This document shows, piece after piece, positions 1 through 12,100 of a stretch of 64,000 nt of DNA. A program made the position numbers and the translations under genes. The notes beneath the pieces were generated by a model. That model made no database searches. It was given only the letters and a program-made list of their open reading frames with translations, and was not told the origin of the DNA. Source of the DNA: Ascoidea asiatica JCM 7603. Taxonomy: Eukaryota; Fungi; Ascomycota. The stretch spans positions 1,116,732-1,180,731 of the forward strand of contig BCKQ01000001.1 in assembly GCA_001600695.1 (NCBI GenBank). The letters are read 5' to 3'. Position 1 is the stretch's first letter. Every line of letters starts with the position of its first letter.

Positions 1-94
<94 letters not shown>
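1..94 (+). repeat. (AAT)n microsatellite encoding poly-Asn
   Basis: Perfect TAA/AAT repeat from base 1 to about 94, in frame with the TF. Confidence 0.97.
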
Positions 95-95
<1 letters not shown>

Positions 96-2968
96 GTAGT
101 AATAACAATGCAGCTAATAATGATGAAAATAATGAAAATAACAATAACATTAATAGTAATATTGAAAATCCAAGAATATCGAAAAGTTGTGACATTTGCA
201 AACAAAGAAAAGTCAAATGTTCTCAAGATAAACCACTTTGTGAATATTGTAAAAAAAATAATTTAGTTTGTAATTATAGTATAAGAAGAAAGCCTGGTCT
301 AAAACAAGGGTATGGTAAAGAATTCAATGATAGATTATTACATCTTGAAAATACAATATTAAATTCAAATGTTTCATCAAAGTTGGATTCTTTAAATAAT
401 AGAATTATCTATTTAGAATCAATCATTAAATCAAATCAAAATCAAAATCTAAATTCAAATCAAAATTTAATAAATAATACAAAAAATGTTGTTCCAAAAA
501 TTGAACCAACTCCTATTGGAAATTTAAATTCTATTGGTAATCAAACTGGAAATTTAAATCAAAATTCCAATTTAAATCAAATTGAAAATCAAAATCAAAT
601 TTTAATTCAGAATAAGGCTTTAAATAGTTCTTCATCATTACCTTTACTTTTAAACCCATATAGTAATAATAACAATTTAATTGTCAATAATAATAATAAT
701 AATAATAACAACAATCCCAATAACAACAACTCAATTGACAAAAGACTTATTTCAAATTCAGTCCCTATTAATCCTCTGAATTCTCCTATAAATAATAGTA
801 TGATTAATCCTATTTCCAATCATCCAATTCCAAATACACCAATAGCTAATAGTCAAGACAATATCTCAAATAATATTCCAATTATTATCCCAAATAATAT
901 ACCAAATAATATACCTACTAATATGCAAAATAGTATGTCAAATAATATTTCAAACAACATTTCAAATGATATTCAAATAAAAAATCAAAAAATTAGTAAT
1001 CCAATAAGTTCCACTTCAATTACTAAATTATATCCCTTTGCAGATGGATTACCTTCAACAAATCAAGTTAATCAACTAATTGATATATATTTCAAAAAAA
1101 TTCATCCAATTTTCCCCATTTTACATCCTCAAAATACAATTAATAAAATTTATTCAAATTATGATAAAAAAAATACTCCAATTATTGTTTATGCAATTAC
1201 TTTAGTTACTTTAAAATATTTATTATTCAATAATCAAATGTCATTGACTGATTTAAAAAGATATTATAAATATTGTAAAGATAAAATTATTTTAAACTGT
1301 TATTGCGTTCAAAATTTGGATGAATTACAATCTATTTTATTATTGTCTTATGATTCTTTAGGATCTTCACATGATCAAGAAACTGTATCTTTTATTTCAA
1401 TGTCTTGTTCAGGTGCAATTCATTTAAATTTAATCAAAGATAATTCTTCTTTATTACTATATTCTCCTCATTCAATATCAACAAGTATGTCCAATCCAAG
1501 TACAAATAATAATCCAAATTTAAATCAAACCTCGCCATCTTCAGTCTCTTCAAGTAATAGCCAGAAATTATCAAACTCAGCCAAACCATTCAATTTGTTA
1601 GAAAAACCTAAAAGCTGGTTAGAAGATGAAAATAGAAGAAGATGTTTTTGGGGTGTTTATATTCTTGATAAATTATCTGCCTGTGCTTCTTCTTATCCTT
1701 TGAAATTGCCTGAGAATGAAATAACATGCTCATTGCCTGTAAAAGAATCTATCTGGCTAAGTACATCTCCAGTTATATCATTATTTGACAATGATATAAC
1801 AATTAATAAATATGATTCATTTACTTATTATATTCAAATAATAAAAATTTTAGGTGACGTTCACTCATTTTTAAGGACTACTTTCGATATAAATAATGAA
1901 TTTGAAGTTGAAAATTGGTATAATCAATTCAATAATATCGAAAAAAAAATATTGTCTTGGAAAAATTCTTTATCTTCTTATTTTCAAAATTGGTTAGATA
2001 ATGTTGTTTGGATATCTGAAAGTCCAATGAATATGTATGACATTTTCACAAATGCTGTATATCATTTAGTTGTAATCAAATTACATTCTGCTTTAGGTTA
2101 TCCACATCTGGAAAGTGATTTTTTCAAAAAAATGATTTCTTCAAGAGAAATTAGTATATTAAATGCAATTAATCTTGAAAAAATGTGTTTTAATTCCGTT
2201 AAAAATTTCTTTCCAATGAATGATACCTTTGAAGATTTTGGACCAAATTTTGGTTTTGTTGTTTGGGTTTGTATAAGAGTTTTATTTGTTGATATAATAT
2301 TAAATGAAGGTAATAGTACTTCATTAAAAGAAAAATCAAAGGATGATTTAATTTCAGTAATTTCCAACCTTAGTATTATTTTAAAAGATTTAGGAAAATA
2401 TTGGGAATCTTGTTCTAAATATTATAAATTATCAACATTTTTAAGAGGTTTAAATATTAAATTTTCTCATAAAAGAATCAAGATGGATAAGTATAATCAT
2501 ATAAATCAAGGTGGTTTTCAACAATTATCTGAGATCAGAGAAGATAGTGATGAAAATGATGAGAATAAAGAACCAACTTCTATTGTAACAGATATGAGAT
2601 TAACTTCATACTCTGTTTCATTAATTTTATCTAAAAAAATGGATCAACAAAATGTTTTAAATTCTCAACAAAATAAGGCTCAAGGAAATGGAAATGGAAA
2701 TGGAAATTTAAATTCCAATACAACTGAAATTATAAATGCAAATGGAAAATCTGATCTGACACGTCCTAATGAGATGACAATGAATGAAAAAAATATTCAA
2801 TTGATAAATAGTACTTTAGAAGAAAATGCATCTCTTTCAAATCAATTGATTGAGAATTCATTATCGAAATTCAATTATCATCCTCAGCAATTTCAATTAG
2901 ATTCAAATAGTTTTGGCTTTGAAGAGTTTTTCAAATATTTGGATTTTTCAACAAATGAATTTCAGTAA
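1..2968 (+). CDS. Zn(II)2Cys6 fungal transcription factor with middle homology region; 5' end lies outside the window
   Basis: The frame starting at base 2 is open from the window edge (poly-Asn) through CDICKQRKVKCSQDKPLCEYCKKNNLVC at 188-271 and into the 383..2968 ORF. It has fungal TF MHR motifs (IYFKKIHPIFPILH; ENRRRCFWGVYILDK). The ORF-track TTG start at 383 is not the real start. Confidence 0.93.
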
Positions 2969-3140
2969 TGAAACTAAGTCCTTAATAAAAACAATGAAAA
3001 AACAAAAACAATAAAAACAATAAAAACAATAAAAAGTTTCAAAAGTTATGTAAAATAGTTTTATTTTTATTTTTATTTTTTTTTTTAATATTTATGTTAT
3101 ACAAAAATGAAAAGTTAATAAATAATAATAATAATAAAAA

Positions 3141-4775
3141 TTAAATTTCTCTTTTAATTTTATTGATTTCAATAGCTAACCTTTGTAAATCATTATTTAA
3201 GAAATGTGTTAATTTATTATTTCTTTCGAACCATTTTTCATTTTCTCTTGTTAATTGAATTTTTTCTTTTGATAAAGCATCATTTAAAGTTGCATATTTT
3301 ATTTTTTCTTTTTGATGATTTTTTAAAATTCTAAAATAAGATTCATTTTTTGATTTTGAAAGATTAAGTAAACTAGCAAAATTTGTTTTATTTGATTTTG
3401 TATCATTTTTAGATTTATTTGAAATTATAGTATCTTGAATTTTTTCATTTTTCAATATAGATGGAGGATTTTGATTCAATTCTTCTAATTTTGGTTTTAT
3501 TTCAGTCATATTTTGATCATTATCAGGAGTAGTTGTTTCTATATTTTCTTTTTTGATTTCATTTTCAATTTCATTTTCAATTTCAGTTTTAATTTCAGTT
3601 TTATCAGTGATTTGAGTATGAATATTGGAATCAGGTTCAGACTGAGAATTAGACTCAATTTCAATTTCGTTATTGTCTATTTTTGAATCAGATTTTATAT
3701 CAAGTATAGATGAAGATGATATATTACTATCTATTGAAGTTGAATTAACATCTTTCATTTCAATATCATTTTCTTCAGCTTGGGGTTTTAATTCTTTATA
3801 TTCAGAGGGAATATCATTAATTGAAGGTATATTTTGTATAGATTGAATATCATTTAATAAAATATTAGATTGTTGTTGTAAAGGTTGAATTTTATTAATT
3901 TCAAATAAATTATTTTTATAAATTTCAGGATCTAAAGTTTTATTTAAATTTGAATTTAATTTTAAATTTAAATTTGGTATTAAATCAAAAGATAAATTAT
4001 TAATTTTTAAAATTATATTATTATTAAAATTTGATAAATTATTTAAATTATTAGATAATTTTAAAAAAGTTAAAGATAAATTTTTATTTTTTTTAATTAG
4101 TTGAGATTTAGTTAATTCATCAATTTTTGAATTCTTTGATTGTATTATATTTATCATATTATCTATTAAATCAATTGATTGATTATATGATTGATCTAAA
4201 ATTTCTAAATTTTTAGTAAGATGAATATCTTCATCAAAGGATAAATCAAAAGATTTAAGTGAAGTGGTAGAATCTTTTGAATTTAGTTTACTTGGTATTG
4301 CTGAATTATCTTTATTTTTATCAAAAATTAGATCTTTGTCATTGGAATTCGAGATTGAAGTTGAAGAACTTATAGGTCTTGAATTTTGAGCCACTAGATT
4401 TTTAGAAATTGATTTTGAATTTATATTATTCGGCTCCTTTGTATTGGTATTGGTATCAGTATTGGTGTTGTTATTGTTATTGCTATTAGTATTAGTATTA
4501 GTATTAGTATTAGTATTAGAATTAGAAGTGGTATGTGAATTGGTATTTGAATTATTAGAAGTGCTATTAGATATATTTGAGTTATTGGAAGCATTTGAGT
4601 TGAAGGATCTATTTACATTATGAAATCTTTGATTTTGATTTGAATTATTTGTATTTTGCCTTTGATTATAAGTAGAATTTGAATATCTATTGTTGTTTGG
4701 ATAAGAATGAGAAGGAGCATTGGGAACATGATTAGCCTGCGTTTTAGTAGCAGGTTTGGAAGGAAGCTTTGGCAT
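3141..4775 (-). CDS. Hypothetical protein, Asn/Ser-rich N-terminus, probable coiled-coil segments
   Basis: 544-aa ATG-initiated ORF with genome-typical codon usage; no domain recognised. Confidence 0.75.
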   Translation of the reverse strand: MPKLPSKPATKTQANHVPNAPSHSYPNNNRYSNSTYNQRQNTNNSNQNQRFHNVNRSFNSNASNNSNISNSTSNNSNTNSHTTSNSNTNTNTNTNTNSNNNNNTNTDTNTNTKEPNNINSKSISKNLVAQNSRPISSSTSISNSNDKDLIFDKNKDNSAIPSKLNSKDSTTSLKSFDLSFDEDIHLTKNLEILDQSYNQSIDLIDNMINIIQSKNSKIDELTKSQLIKKNKNLSLTFLKLSNNLNNLSNFNNNIILKINNLSFDLIPNLNLKLNSNLNKTLDPEIYKNNLFEINKIQPLQQQSNILLNDIQSIQNIPSINDIPSEYKELKPQAEENDIEMKDVNSTSIDSNISSSSILDIKSDSKIDNNEIEIESNSQSEPDSNIHTQITDKTEIKTEIENEIENEIKKENIETTTPDNDQNMTEIKPKLEELNQNPPSILKNEKIQDTIISNKSKNDTKSNKTNFASLLNLSKSKNESYFRILKNHQKEKIKYATLNDALSKEKIQLTRENEKWFERNNKLTHFLNNDLQRLAIEINKIKREI

Positions 4776-4920
4776 TTTAATAAATTTTCTTGAACTGATG
4801 ATTATTGATTATATTGTATTATTGGTCTGTTACTCCAAGTTCTCTTTTGACTTCTTTTTGATGATTTACCTTTGTTTATTCTATTTCTGCCACTTCTTCT
4901 TTTGCATCTTCTTTTTTTGT

Positions 4921-4948
4921 TTCTTCTTCTTCTTCTTCTTCTTCTTCT
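4921..4948. repeat. (TTC)n/(GAA)n microsatellite upstream of the 3141-4775 gene
   Basis: ttcttcttc... about 9 units. Confidence 0.9.
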
Positions 4949-6600
4949 GTTTACAAAAAACAGTCCAAAGTGAAATATCCGAGTATATCCGGGTAGTTTG
5001 TAAGCGGATAAGTATATGGATTAAATTTCCGTGTTCAAAAATAAACCGGAATTGGATATTAAAAAACCTTAAAAGCCAAAACGGTGGGACAGCATTTATC
5101 TACATGTTTGTACTTCAAAATACATTGACCCATAACAGTAATGTAGAGCCCTGGAACAAGGGCTTTATTTATAGTCTCTCGTACGGCAGAGCGGCTGTTA
5201 GTTGCACATCTCGGATCTCGTACCGCGATGGGTCTACAGCCCTGTATTGTTTGGTAATTTTTGAACTGAGACACGCCAGACGACGCTGCACCCACTGTGT
5301 TTTTTGGTCTGGGGACTGCTCTCAGCCTGGCTGCGCTTGTCCACCAATCAGCGAGCGTCTTTCGCTGCCTTTCTTTTTGTCCCGTTCTTTTTTATGAAAA
5401 TTTCAGGTTTTTCAGTGTTTTTCTCCTTTTGCTGTAGAAACTCGAAAAAAACATCAGTGAAAAAGTGGCCGGAAACAGAAGAAACAAATTTATCCTTGAG
5501 AAAGAAAAGTAAATAAAAGGCCTAAGGAAGAAATAAATGAAATTGAATGAAATAAATAATGTAAAAAGTAAAAAGCATAGCAAAATACAAAATAAACAGC
5601 ACAGTCTCTGAAATAAAGCCAAGTCTCGTTTTCATGTTTTTAGGCTCCTTTGACAATCTTTGCTTTAAATATATTACTGAGCTAGTGAGAATATCACCAA
5701 AAAGATGACAACGTTACCATATTCTTAAGTGTGTTTACAAAATGTGTACTTTTTTCGAGATTATTAGTTTTTGACCCATTTTCAGTAATATTATTGATAA
5801 TCACAATTCGTTCATTTCATTAATTCATTTGAAATTGTTGAGTAAAGTTTTTTTTTTTTTTACGATTTTTTCATTTCCAATCACTTTCTTTTGTTTATTA
5901 ATGAAGTCAAAATCAAATGCTAATCATAGTTTGATAAATTGAAGAAGAAATTAAAAACTATATTCGTATTAAGTGAACTTTATCAATCGTCAGATAATTT
6001 ACTTTTAATTTCATTCGATTAAAAATTTAGGCACTTTTTACCTAAATTTTTCTTCATTGGAAACTTCCAGGAGTCAATAAACTCTCGAAACTATCAAAAG
6101 AAATTAAATCTTTCAATTTCAATACTTGAACTTTGATATAGCCATATTATGAAATTATCGAGTTTGAGAATTCTATTCGGTGTTAAATCCTCGTAAAATT
6201 TAATTATAAATAATTTGAAAGTAAATTTGAATGTAAATTGAATCTGTGAGAGGAAATTTTGCATTTCTCTTTCAAAATAGTACGATCTTTTCTTTTTTTC
6301 TTTTCTTAGTGATTTCTTATTAAATTCAACTGTTTTTATTTCTTTTTTTCATCGTTTACTTTTCTTTATACTAATTTATTATAAAAAGATTCAAACATCC
6401 ATACTTTTTTCACTTTTTTTTACTTTTTTACTTTTTTTATTTTCATTTTCCTATTTTCATTTTACTTTCACTTTCTCTTTCACTTTCTTTTTTCTTTTCC
6501 TTTCATACATATACTTATACATATATATAAATAAGAATATTCTCTTATAATATTTATAGTATTTTCTTATATTTTTTTATTCATATATTCTTAAATCAAA

Positions 6601-7878
6601 ATGTCTACAACAATTATTCAAAATTCAAATGATTTAACTTCAAAAGATTTAATAGATAAAGAATTTATTGATGCAGATGGTAATAAATTTAAAATTCCTG
6701 ATTTTACTTTAAATGAAATTTTAAATGTTATTCCAAAACATTGTTTCAAAAGATCTTTAATTAAATCTTTTTATTATGTATTTAGAGATATTTTTATAAT
6801 ATTAACAATTGGTTATTTATTTAATTATAAATTTATAAATTATATACCTGAAAATTATAAAATTTTAAGATTTTTTTCTTGGGGTTTATATTCTTATACT
6901 CTTGGTTTATTTAAATTTGGTTTATGGATTTTAGCTCATGAATGTGGTCATAATGCATTTTCTGATTATTATATAATTAATGATATTGTTGGTTGGATAA
7001 TTCATTCATATTTATATGTACCTTTTTTTAGTTGGAAATTTTCTCATGCAAGACATCATCAAAAAAATGGTAATATGCAACAAGATATGGTATTTGTACC
7101 ACCAAATAAAGAAGAATTTTTAAAATCAAATAATTCTTCAAAATTAAAAGAAATTTGTGAAGATACTCCTTTATATACTTTTATGGCATTATTAGGACAA
7201 CAATTAGGTGGATTACAATTATATTTATTTACAAATGCAACTGGACAGAATTATAAACATTATTTTCCAAATTCAGAAAATGAAAAAACTTCAAATATTA
7301 AAAAATGGTATCATAAATTATTATTAAGTCATTATAATCCATTTTCTGCAATTTTTTCTAAAAATGAAATTAAATATATATTTTTAAGTGATTTAGGTAT
7401 GATTTTAAATACAACAATTTTATATTTAATTTATTTTAAAATTTTTAAATTTGGTATGTTTAATTTTATGGTTAATTTTTTTATACCATGGTGTTTTGTT
7501 AATCATTGGTTAGTATTTGTAACATTTTTACAACATACAGATCCAAAATTAGCAAAATATAATAATAATATTTGGAATTTTGCAATTGGAGCAGCTTCAA
7601 CAATTGATAGAGATTTTGGTTTTATTGGACAACATATATTTCATGATATTATTGAAACTCATGTTTTACATCATTATGTTAGTAAAATACCTTTTTATAA
7701 TGCAAGAGAAGCAACAAAAGCAATTAAAGATGTTATGGGAGAACATTATAAATATGAAGGTGAAAATATGTGGAAAAGTTTATGGAAATGTGCAAGACAA
7801 TGTCAATTTGTTGATGGTGATAATGGAGTTATGTTATTTAGAAATGTTAATAAAGTAGGTTATGGTTTTAAAGAATAA
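6601..7878 (+). CDS. FAD3: Membrane fatty acid desaturase of the FAD2/FAD3 family, most likely omega-3 (delta-15)
   Basis: Three His boxes: HECGH, HARHH, HVLHH. Segments GGLQLYLFTNATGQ, FIPWxxVNHWLVFVTFLQHTDP and YEGENMWKSLWK match yeast FAD3-type rather than FAD2-type enzymes as recalled. Confidence 0.85.
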   Translation: MSTTIIQNSNDLTSKDLIDKEFIDADGNKFKIPDFTLNEILNVIPKHCFKRSLIKSFYYVFRDIFIILTIGYLFNYKFINYIPENYKILRFFSWGLYSYTLGLFKFGLWILAHECGHNAFSDYYIINDIVGWIIHSYLYVPFFSWKFSHARHHQKNGNMQQDMVFVPPNKEEFLKSNNSSKLKEICEDTPLYTFMALLGQQLGGLQLYLFTNATGQNYKHYFPNSENEKTSNIKKWYHKLLLSHYNPFSAIFSKNEIKYIFLSDLGMILNTTILYLIYFKIFKFGMFNFMVNFFIPWCFVNHWLVFVTFLQHTDPKLAKYNNNIWNFAIGAASTIDRDFGFIGQHIFHDIIETHVLHHYVSKIPFYNAREATKAIKDVMGEHYKYEGENMWKSLWKCARQCQFVDGDNGVMLFRNVNKVGYGFKE

Positions 7879-8053
7879 GCTTCTCGATAAGTTATTCAAT
7901 ATATAAGCATTAAATTAGGCATTCTCATATATATAAGTTATAGACATGAATATATAATCTAGAATAATATATTCGATCTTTTGTTACTCTCTTTTTTTAT
8001 TCTCTTTCTTCATTTTATTTTTTTTCATTTCGGAACCGCGGAAGTTTCAGTTT

Positions 8054-8061
8054 CCGGGTAA
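8054..8061. promoter_or_regulatory. Reb1-type site (CCGGGTAA) in a small GC-rich patch upstream of LOC1
   Basis: Exact reverse complement of TTACCCGG about 220 bp upstream of a ribosome-biogenesis gene, within a CGGAA-rich patch at 8030-8098. Confidence 0.5.
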
Positions 8062-8275
8062 TTCAGTAGTAAGTTTTCCGTGGTGCGGAAATGCGGAAAA
8101 TAAATTTATTTTTTTCATTTTCATTTTTAAATTTTATGAGAAATTATTTTCATTTGCTTTTTTGGCTTGCAAAAGATTGAAAAGTTTGAAAGATAAAATA
8201 TTTTTTTGTCTTTTGTGAGAGTAATCAAAAACTAAAGTATATTTAAGTTCTTACCAGATTCATCGTATTACAGCA

Positions 8276-8968
8276 ATGGCTCAAAAGGGTTCAAGAAAAA
8301 GACAGGAAAGAAGCACTGATAGAACTCGTTCTATACAGTCTGATGTTAAAAGTGATTCAAGTGCCAGTAATTTACTATCACTTTCTAGACCTGATTTAAA
8401 TTTAAAAAATACAAGTGAGAATGATAAAAGACAGAGATTTTCTAAATCAAAATTGAAGAAAGAAACTAATTTGATAAAATTATATGGAAAAAATAAAATA
8501 AAAGGTAGAAAATCAAGAAATGCAAAAATTATAATTGATGAAAAGACTTTAAAATTACCAAAGTTAAATACTTCTTTAGTATCTGCAAGTAAAATTGGTA
8601 AAACTGGTAAAAAGAAAAATAAAAAATTTATAAAAGATAATGATGCTTTAACTTTAAATAAAATTATCAAATCAATCTCAATGAAAAATGATATAATTAA
8701 TGAATCAAAATTAGAAAAAGCAAAAAGATTACAAGATATAAGAGATTTAAAAACTAGAGAATTGGAAAGAAAAACTTCTGAAAAAGATTCAAAATTAATT
8801 GATAAAAAATCAGAATTAAAGAAAAGTGCAAATCTTGCAAGAAAATTAAGAAGACAAAATAATAGACAAAAGATTAAAGATGAACAAAATGACAAAGATT
8901 CTAATCAATCTAAAAAAGAATCAACTTCAGTATCTCAAATTAAAAAGAAAAAAGTAGCATTTGCTTAA
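8276..8968 (+). CDS. LOC1: 60S assembly / mRNA localisation protein Loc1
   Basis: KKFIKDNDALTLNKIIKSI...ESKLEKAKRLQDIRDLK...ARKLRRQN matches the Loc1 core; highly basic, ends KKKVAFA. Confidence 0.9.
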   Translation: MAQKGSRKRQERSTDRTRSIQSDVKSDSSASNLLSLSRPDLNLKNTSENDKRQRFSKSKLKKETNLIKLYGKNKIKGRKSRNAKIIIDEKTLKLPKLNTSLVSASKIGKTGKKKNKKFIKDNDALTLNKIIKSISMKNDIINESKLEKAKRLQDIRDLKTRELERKTSEKDSKLIDKKSELKKSANLARKLRRQNNRQKIKDEQNDKDSNQSKKESTSVSQIKKKKVAFA

Positions 8969-9145
8969 AAAAAATGAATGTTATTATCTATGCACTTTTT
9001 TTTTTTTTGGTTTTCATTTCTGCACATACTCTTCATTTCAAATTATTTTCTAATTTCTAATTTCTATTTTATTTTTCTATATATTTTTTTTCTATATACT
9101 GTATTTCTGTATTATCATTGATAAATTCTAATATAATATCTATTA

Positions 9146-12100
9146 TTAAACATTATCTTTTATATGAACTTCAGGTTTCAAATCTTTTTTTATATCTAAA
9201 TTATTCAAATTATTTAAATTATTTTTGAATAAATCTGTACCAAATGTATCTTTATCTGCTTGAATTCCATTTTTTTTCTTTTTTCCAATTCCAATCCCAT
9301 TATCTTCTTTTATATTACTATCATCATTTGGTGCAACATCATTAGCTGCAATTCCATTCATTTGTGAATTTTGTGAATTTTGAAAATCTTGTAAGTTATC
9401 TGATTTTTCATTTGAATCTATAATTTTATTTCCATCTTCATCAACATCCTCATAAACATATTCAATTTCAATATTATCTTTATTTTTATCTTTATCGCTA
9501 TTTTTTTGATCCTTAAGTATATCTTTAGAACCATCTTTAACAATATCTTTATTTGTACTTTTGAATAATTCTTCTTCTTTAGATATCAATGGATCATTCT
9601 CATTATTATTATTATTATTGATATTGTTAAGACTAATATCTATATCACTTTTGTGAATTAAATCTTCTGCAGGTACTAGTTCATCTAATTTTTTATTCAA
9701 ATCATCATTTTTAATGGATTTCAATTTTCGATTACTATCTTCAAATTCACTTATATCTTCTCCTTCATCTTTTAATTCTTTTAATAATAATGCATCTTGT
9801 TTACGAATTTCATCTTTTAATGTTTCTTTTAACTCTTTTGGTTTTTCTATTTTCTTTTCATCTTTTGAAATATCATTATTGTTATCTACTTTTTCATTGC
9901 CAATTAAATTTTCCTCTAATTTATTCAAATCTTCTACTTTATTCTCTTCTGGATCATTTTCAAAAATTGCAGATTTATATTTATCCATACCATTAAGATA
10001 TGGTTTAGTTTGTTTTAAAGTTCCACTTTGTTTTTTTTCTTTGATTTTAATTTTATTATTATTAATATTACCTTTTAAAAGTTTATTTAATTCATTTAAT
10101 TTTTCTTCATAACTTTTACTTTTTAAACTTTCTAATTTTTTCTTTTGTTCTTTCATCATATGTTGATTTGGTTGTAATGCTTCGATATATAAATTATCCT
10201 CGTCATTAATTAATTCTTCAATTTTATTATCAATCACAGAATCTATTGTATCTTTTTCTTCTTTTGAAAAATCCATTTGATAATTTGCTATATCATTATA
10301 TTCTTCACTACTAGTGTTTTCATCATCATTATTATTATTTTCACCATTTTTATTTTCATCATTATTTGAATCTTCAGTTTCTTCATCTATTTCAACTTCA
10401 CTCTCTGGAACTTCAATTTCATTAGGATGAAATTTAATGAATTTCAAGATTTTATTTTTATTTTGATTTGAACCTTCCCAATCATCAAATACAAATTCTA
10501 ATGGATTATCACCATATTCAACTTTATTACTTAATTTTTTAAATAATTTTTTTTCATAATCTTTTTCTTTTTTAAAATCAATTTGATAATTTAATAAATT
10601 TTTATTAATATCATCTTGATCATCAAAATCAATTTCACCATCATTTTTATCAACTAATTTTAAAACTTCATCAACTTCACTCCAATCAACATTAATATCT
10701 TTATGTCTATTTAAGATTGTATTTTTAAAAACATCAAATTTTTCATGATTCCAATCTTTTTCAACACTTTCAAAAGCATTTTGCCATTGTTTATCATAAA
10801 TTACTTTGAATTTTGCTTCTTCTTTTTTACGAATTTCTTCCTTTGCCATCCATTCCATATGTCTAATATCATCTTTACTTGGTTCATAAATATGCCAAAT
10901 TGTATAATGTGGTAAACCATAAACATTAAAACCTAAAGTTTTTGATAATTTTCCAAATGCTTCAGTTTCTGCATGTTTTTTGAAACTAAAAGCAGGAAAC
11001 ATTCCACCACTTTTAAATACATTTGCTTTTGCTAAAATTGAAACACCTCCAATACCATCTAATTCAATTTCAACTTCTGGATTACCATTTGGATCTCTTA
11101 AATAAGCTAGATGAGGTCTCCAAGTTGCATATTCAGAATAACCTTCAACAATTACATCATCTTCATCTAAAGAAGCAGCTAAATCAATACCTGCTTCACT
11201 TTCTTGCCAAGAATTTAAATCATATGGTTGTTCATAACCTAACCAATCAGGTAAAGGTCTCCAAACATTTGGTACAATAACATCTTTATTATGATGCATT
11301 AAATCTTCAATAATTGTTGGAGGTACAGTTTCAACATCAGCATCTCTCCAATAAACCCAAGAATGATCAGGTTTTAAAGCAGTTATTAATAACCAATTTC
11401 TTGCAATTGCCATTAATTTTCTTCTTGGACCTTGAGCTTGAAAACCATGTCTATCAGAAAAAGATTGACCAATTGATTGACCAAAATCTTTTTCATAAAT
11501 ATTAATTCTACCAAAATGTAAAAATTTTTTTGGAGAATTTTGAATTAAATATAAATGATTTTTAAGATCTTTGATTGTTGAATCAGTTGTATCAGAAATT
11601 AAAAAAGCCAAATCAATTAAATGATGTGGATAAGTTAAATTTACCATATGACTAAAAAACATTGGTAAATGATTTGCAGCATCTCTTAAAGGTACACAAA
11701 ATAAAACTCTTTCATAATTATTCCAACCTTGAGAAGTTGATTGATAATCTTTTAAATCATAAAATTCTACATTTAAATTATTATCGGATACTTTACCATT
11801 TATATCAGTTAATTTTATATTAAAATTTGGAGTATAAAATTGATTATTTTCAGATTGATCTATTTTGTTATTATTACTATCAATACCATTATTATTGTTA
11901 TTGAGTATTAGGTTTTCGATTTCATTATTAAAATCTAGAATTGGGAATTTAGATAAAATCTGAATATGTAGTTTTTTATTGAAATTTGATATTGAAGATA
12001 TTAGATTATTATTATTGTTATTGTTATTATTAATAATATTATTGTTAATATTATTGTTATCATTATTATTTATGTATAAAGTGATATTATAATTATCAGG

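Noticed and set aside
4756-5622. Several 70-213 aa ORFs
   Set aside because: Products of the TTC repeat, T-tracts and the GC island; poly-Phe and no recognisable domain.
8281-8895. 204-aa antisense ORF to LOC1 (and similar antisense ORFs inside ANP1, GIGYF, VHR1 and the cullin)
   Set aside because: Shadow ORFs caused by codon bias on the sense strand.
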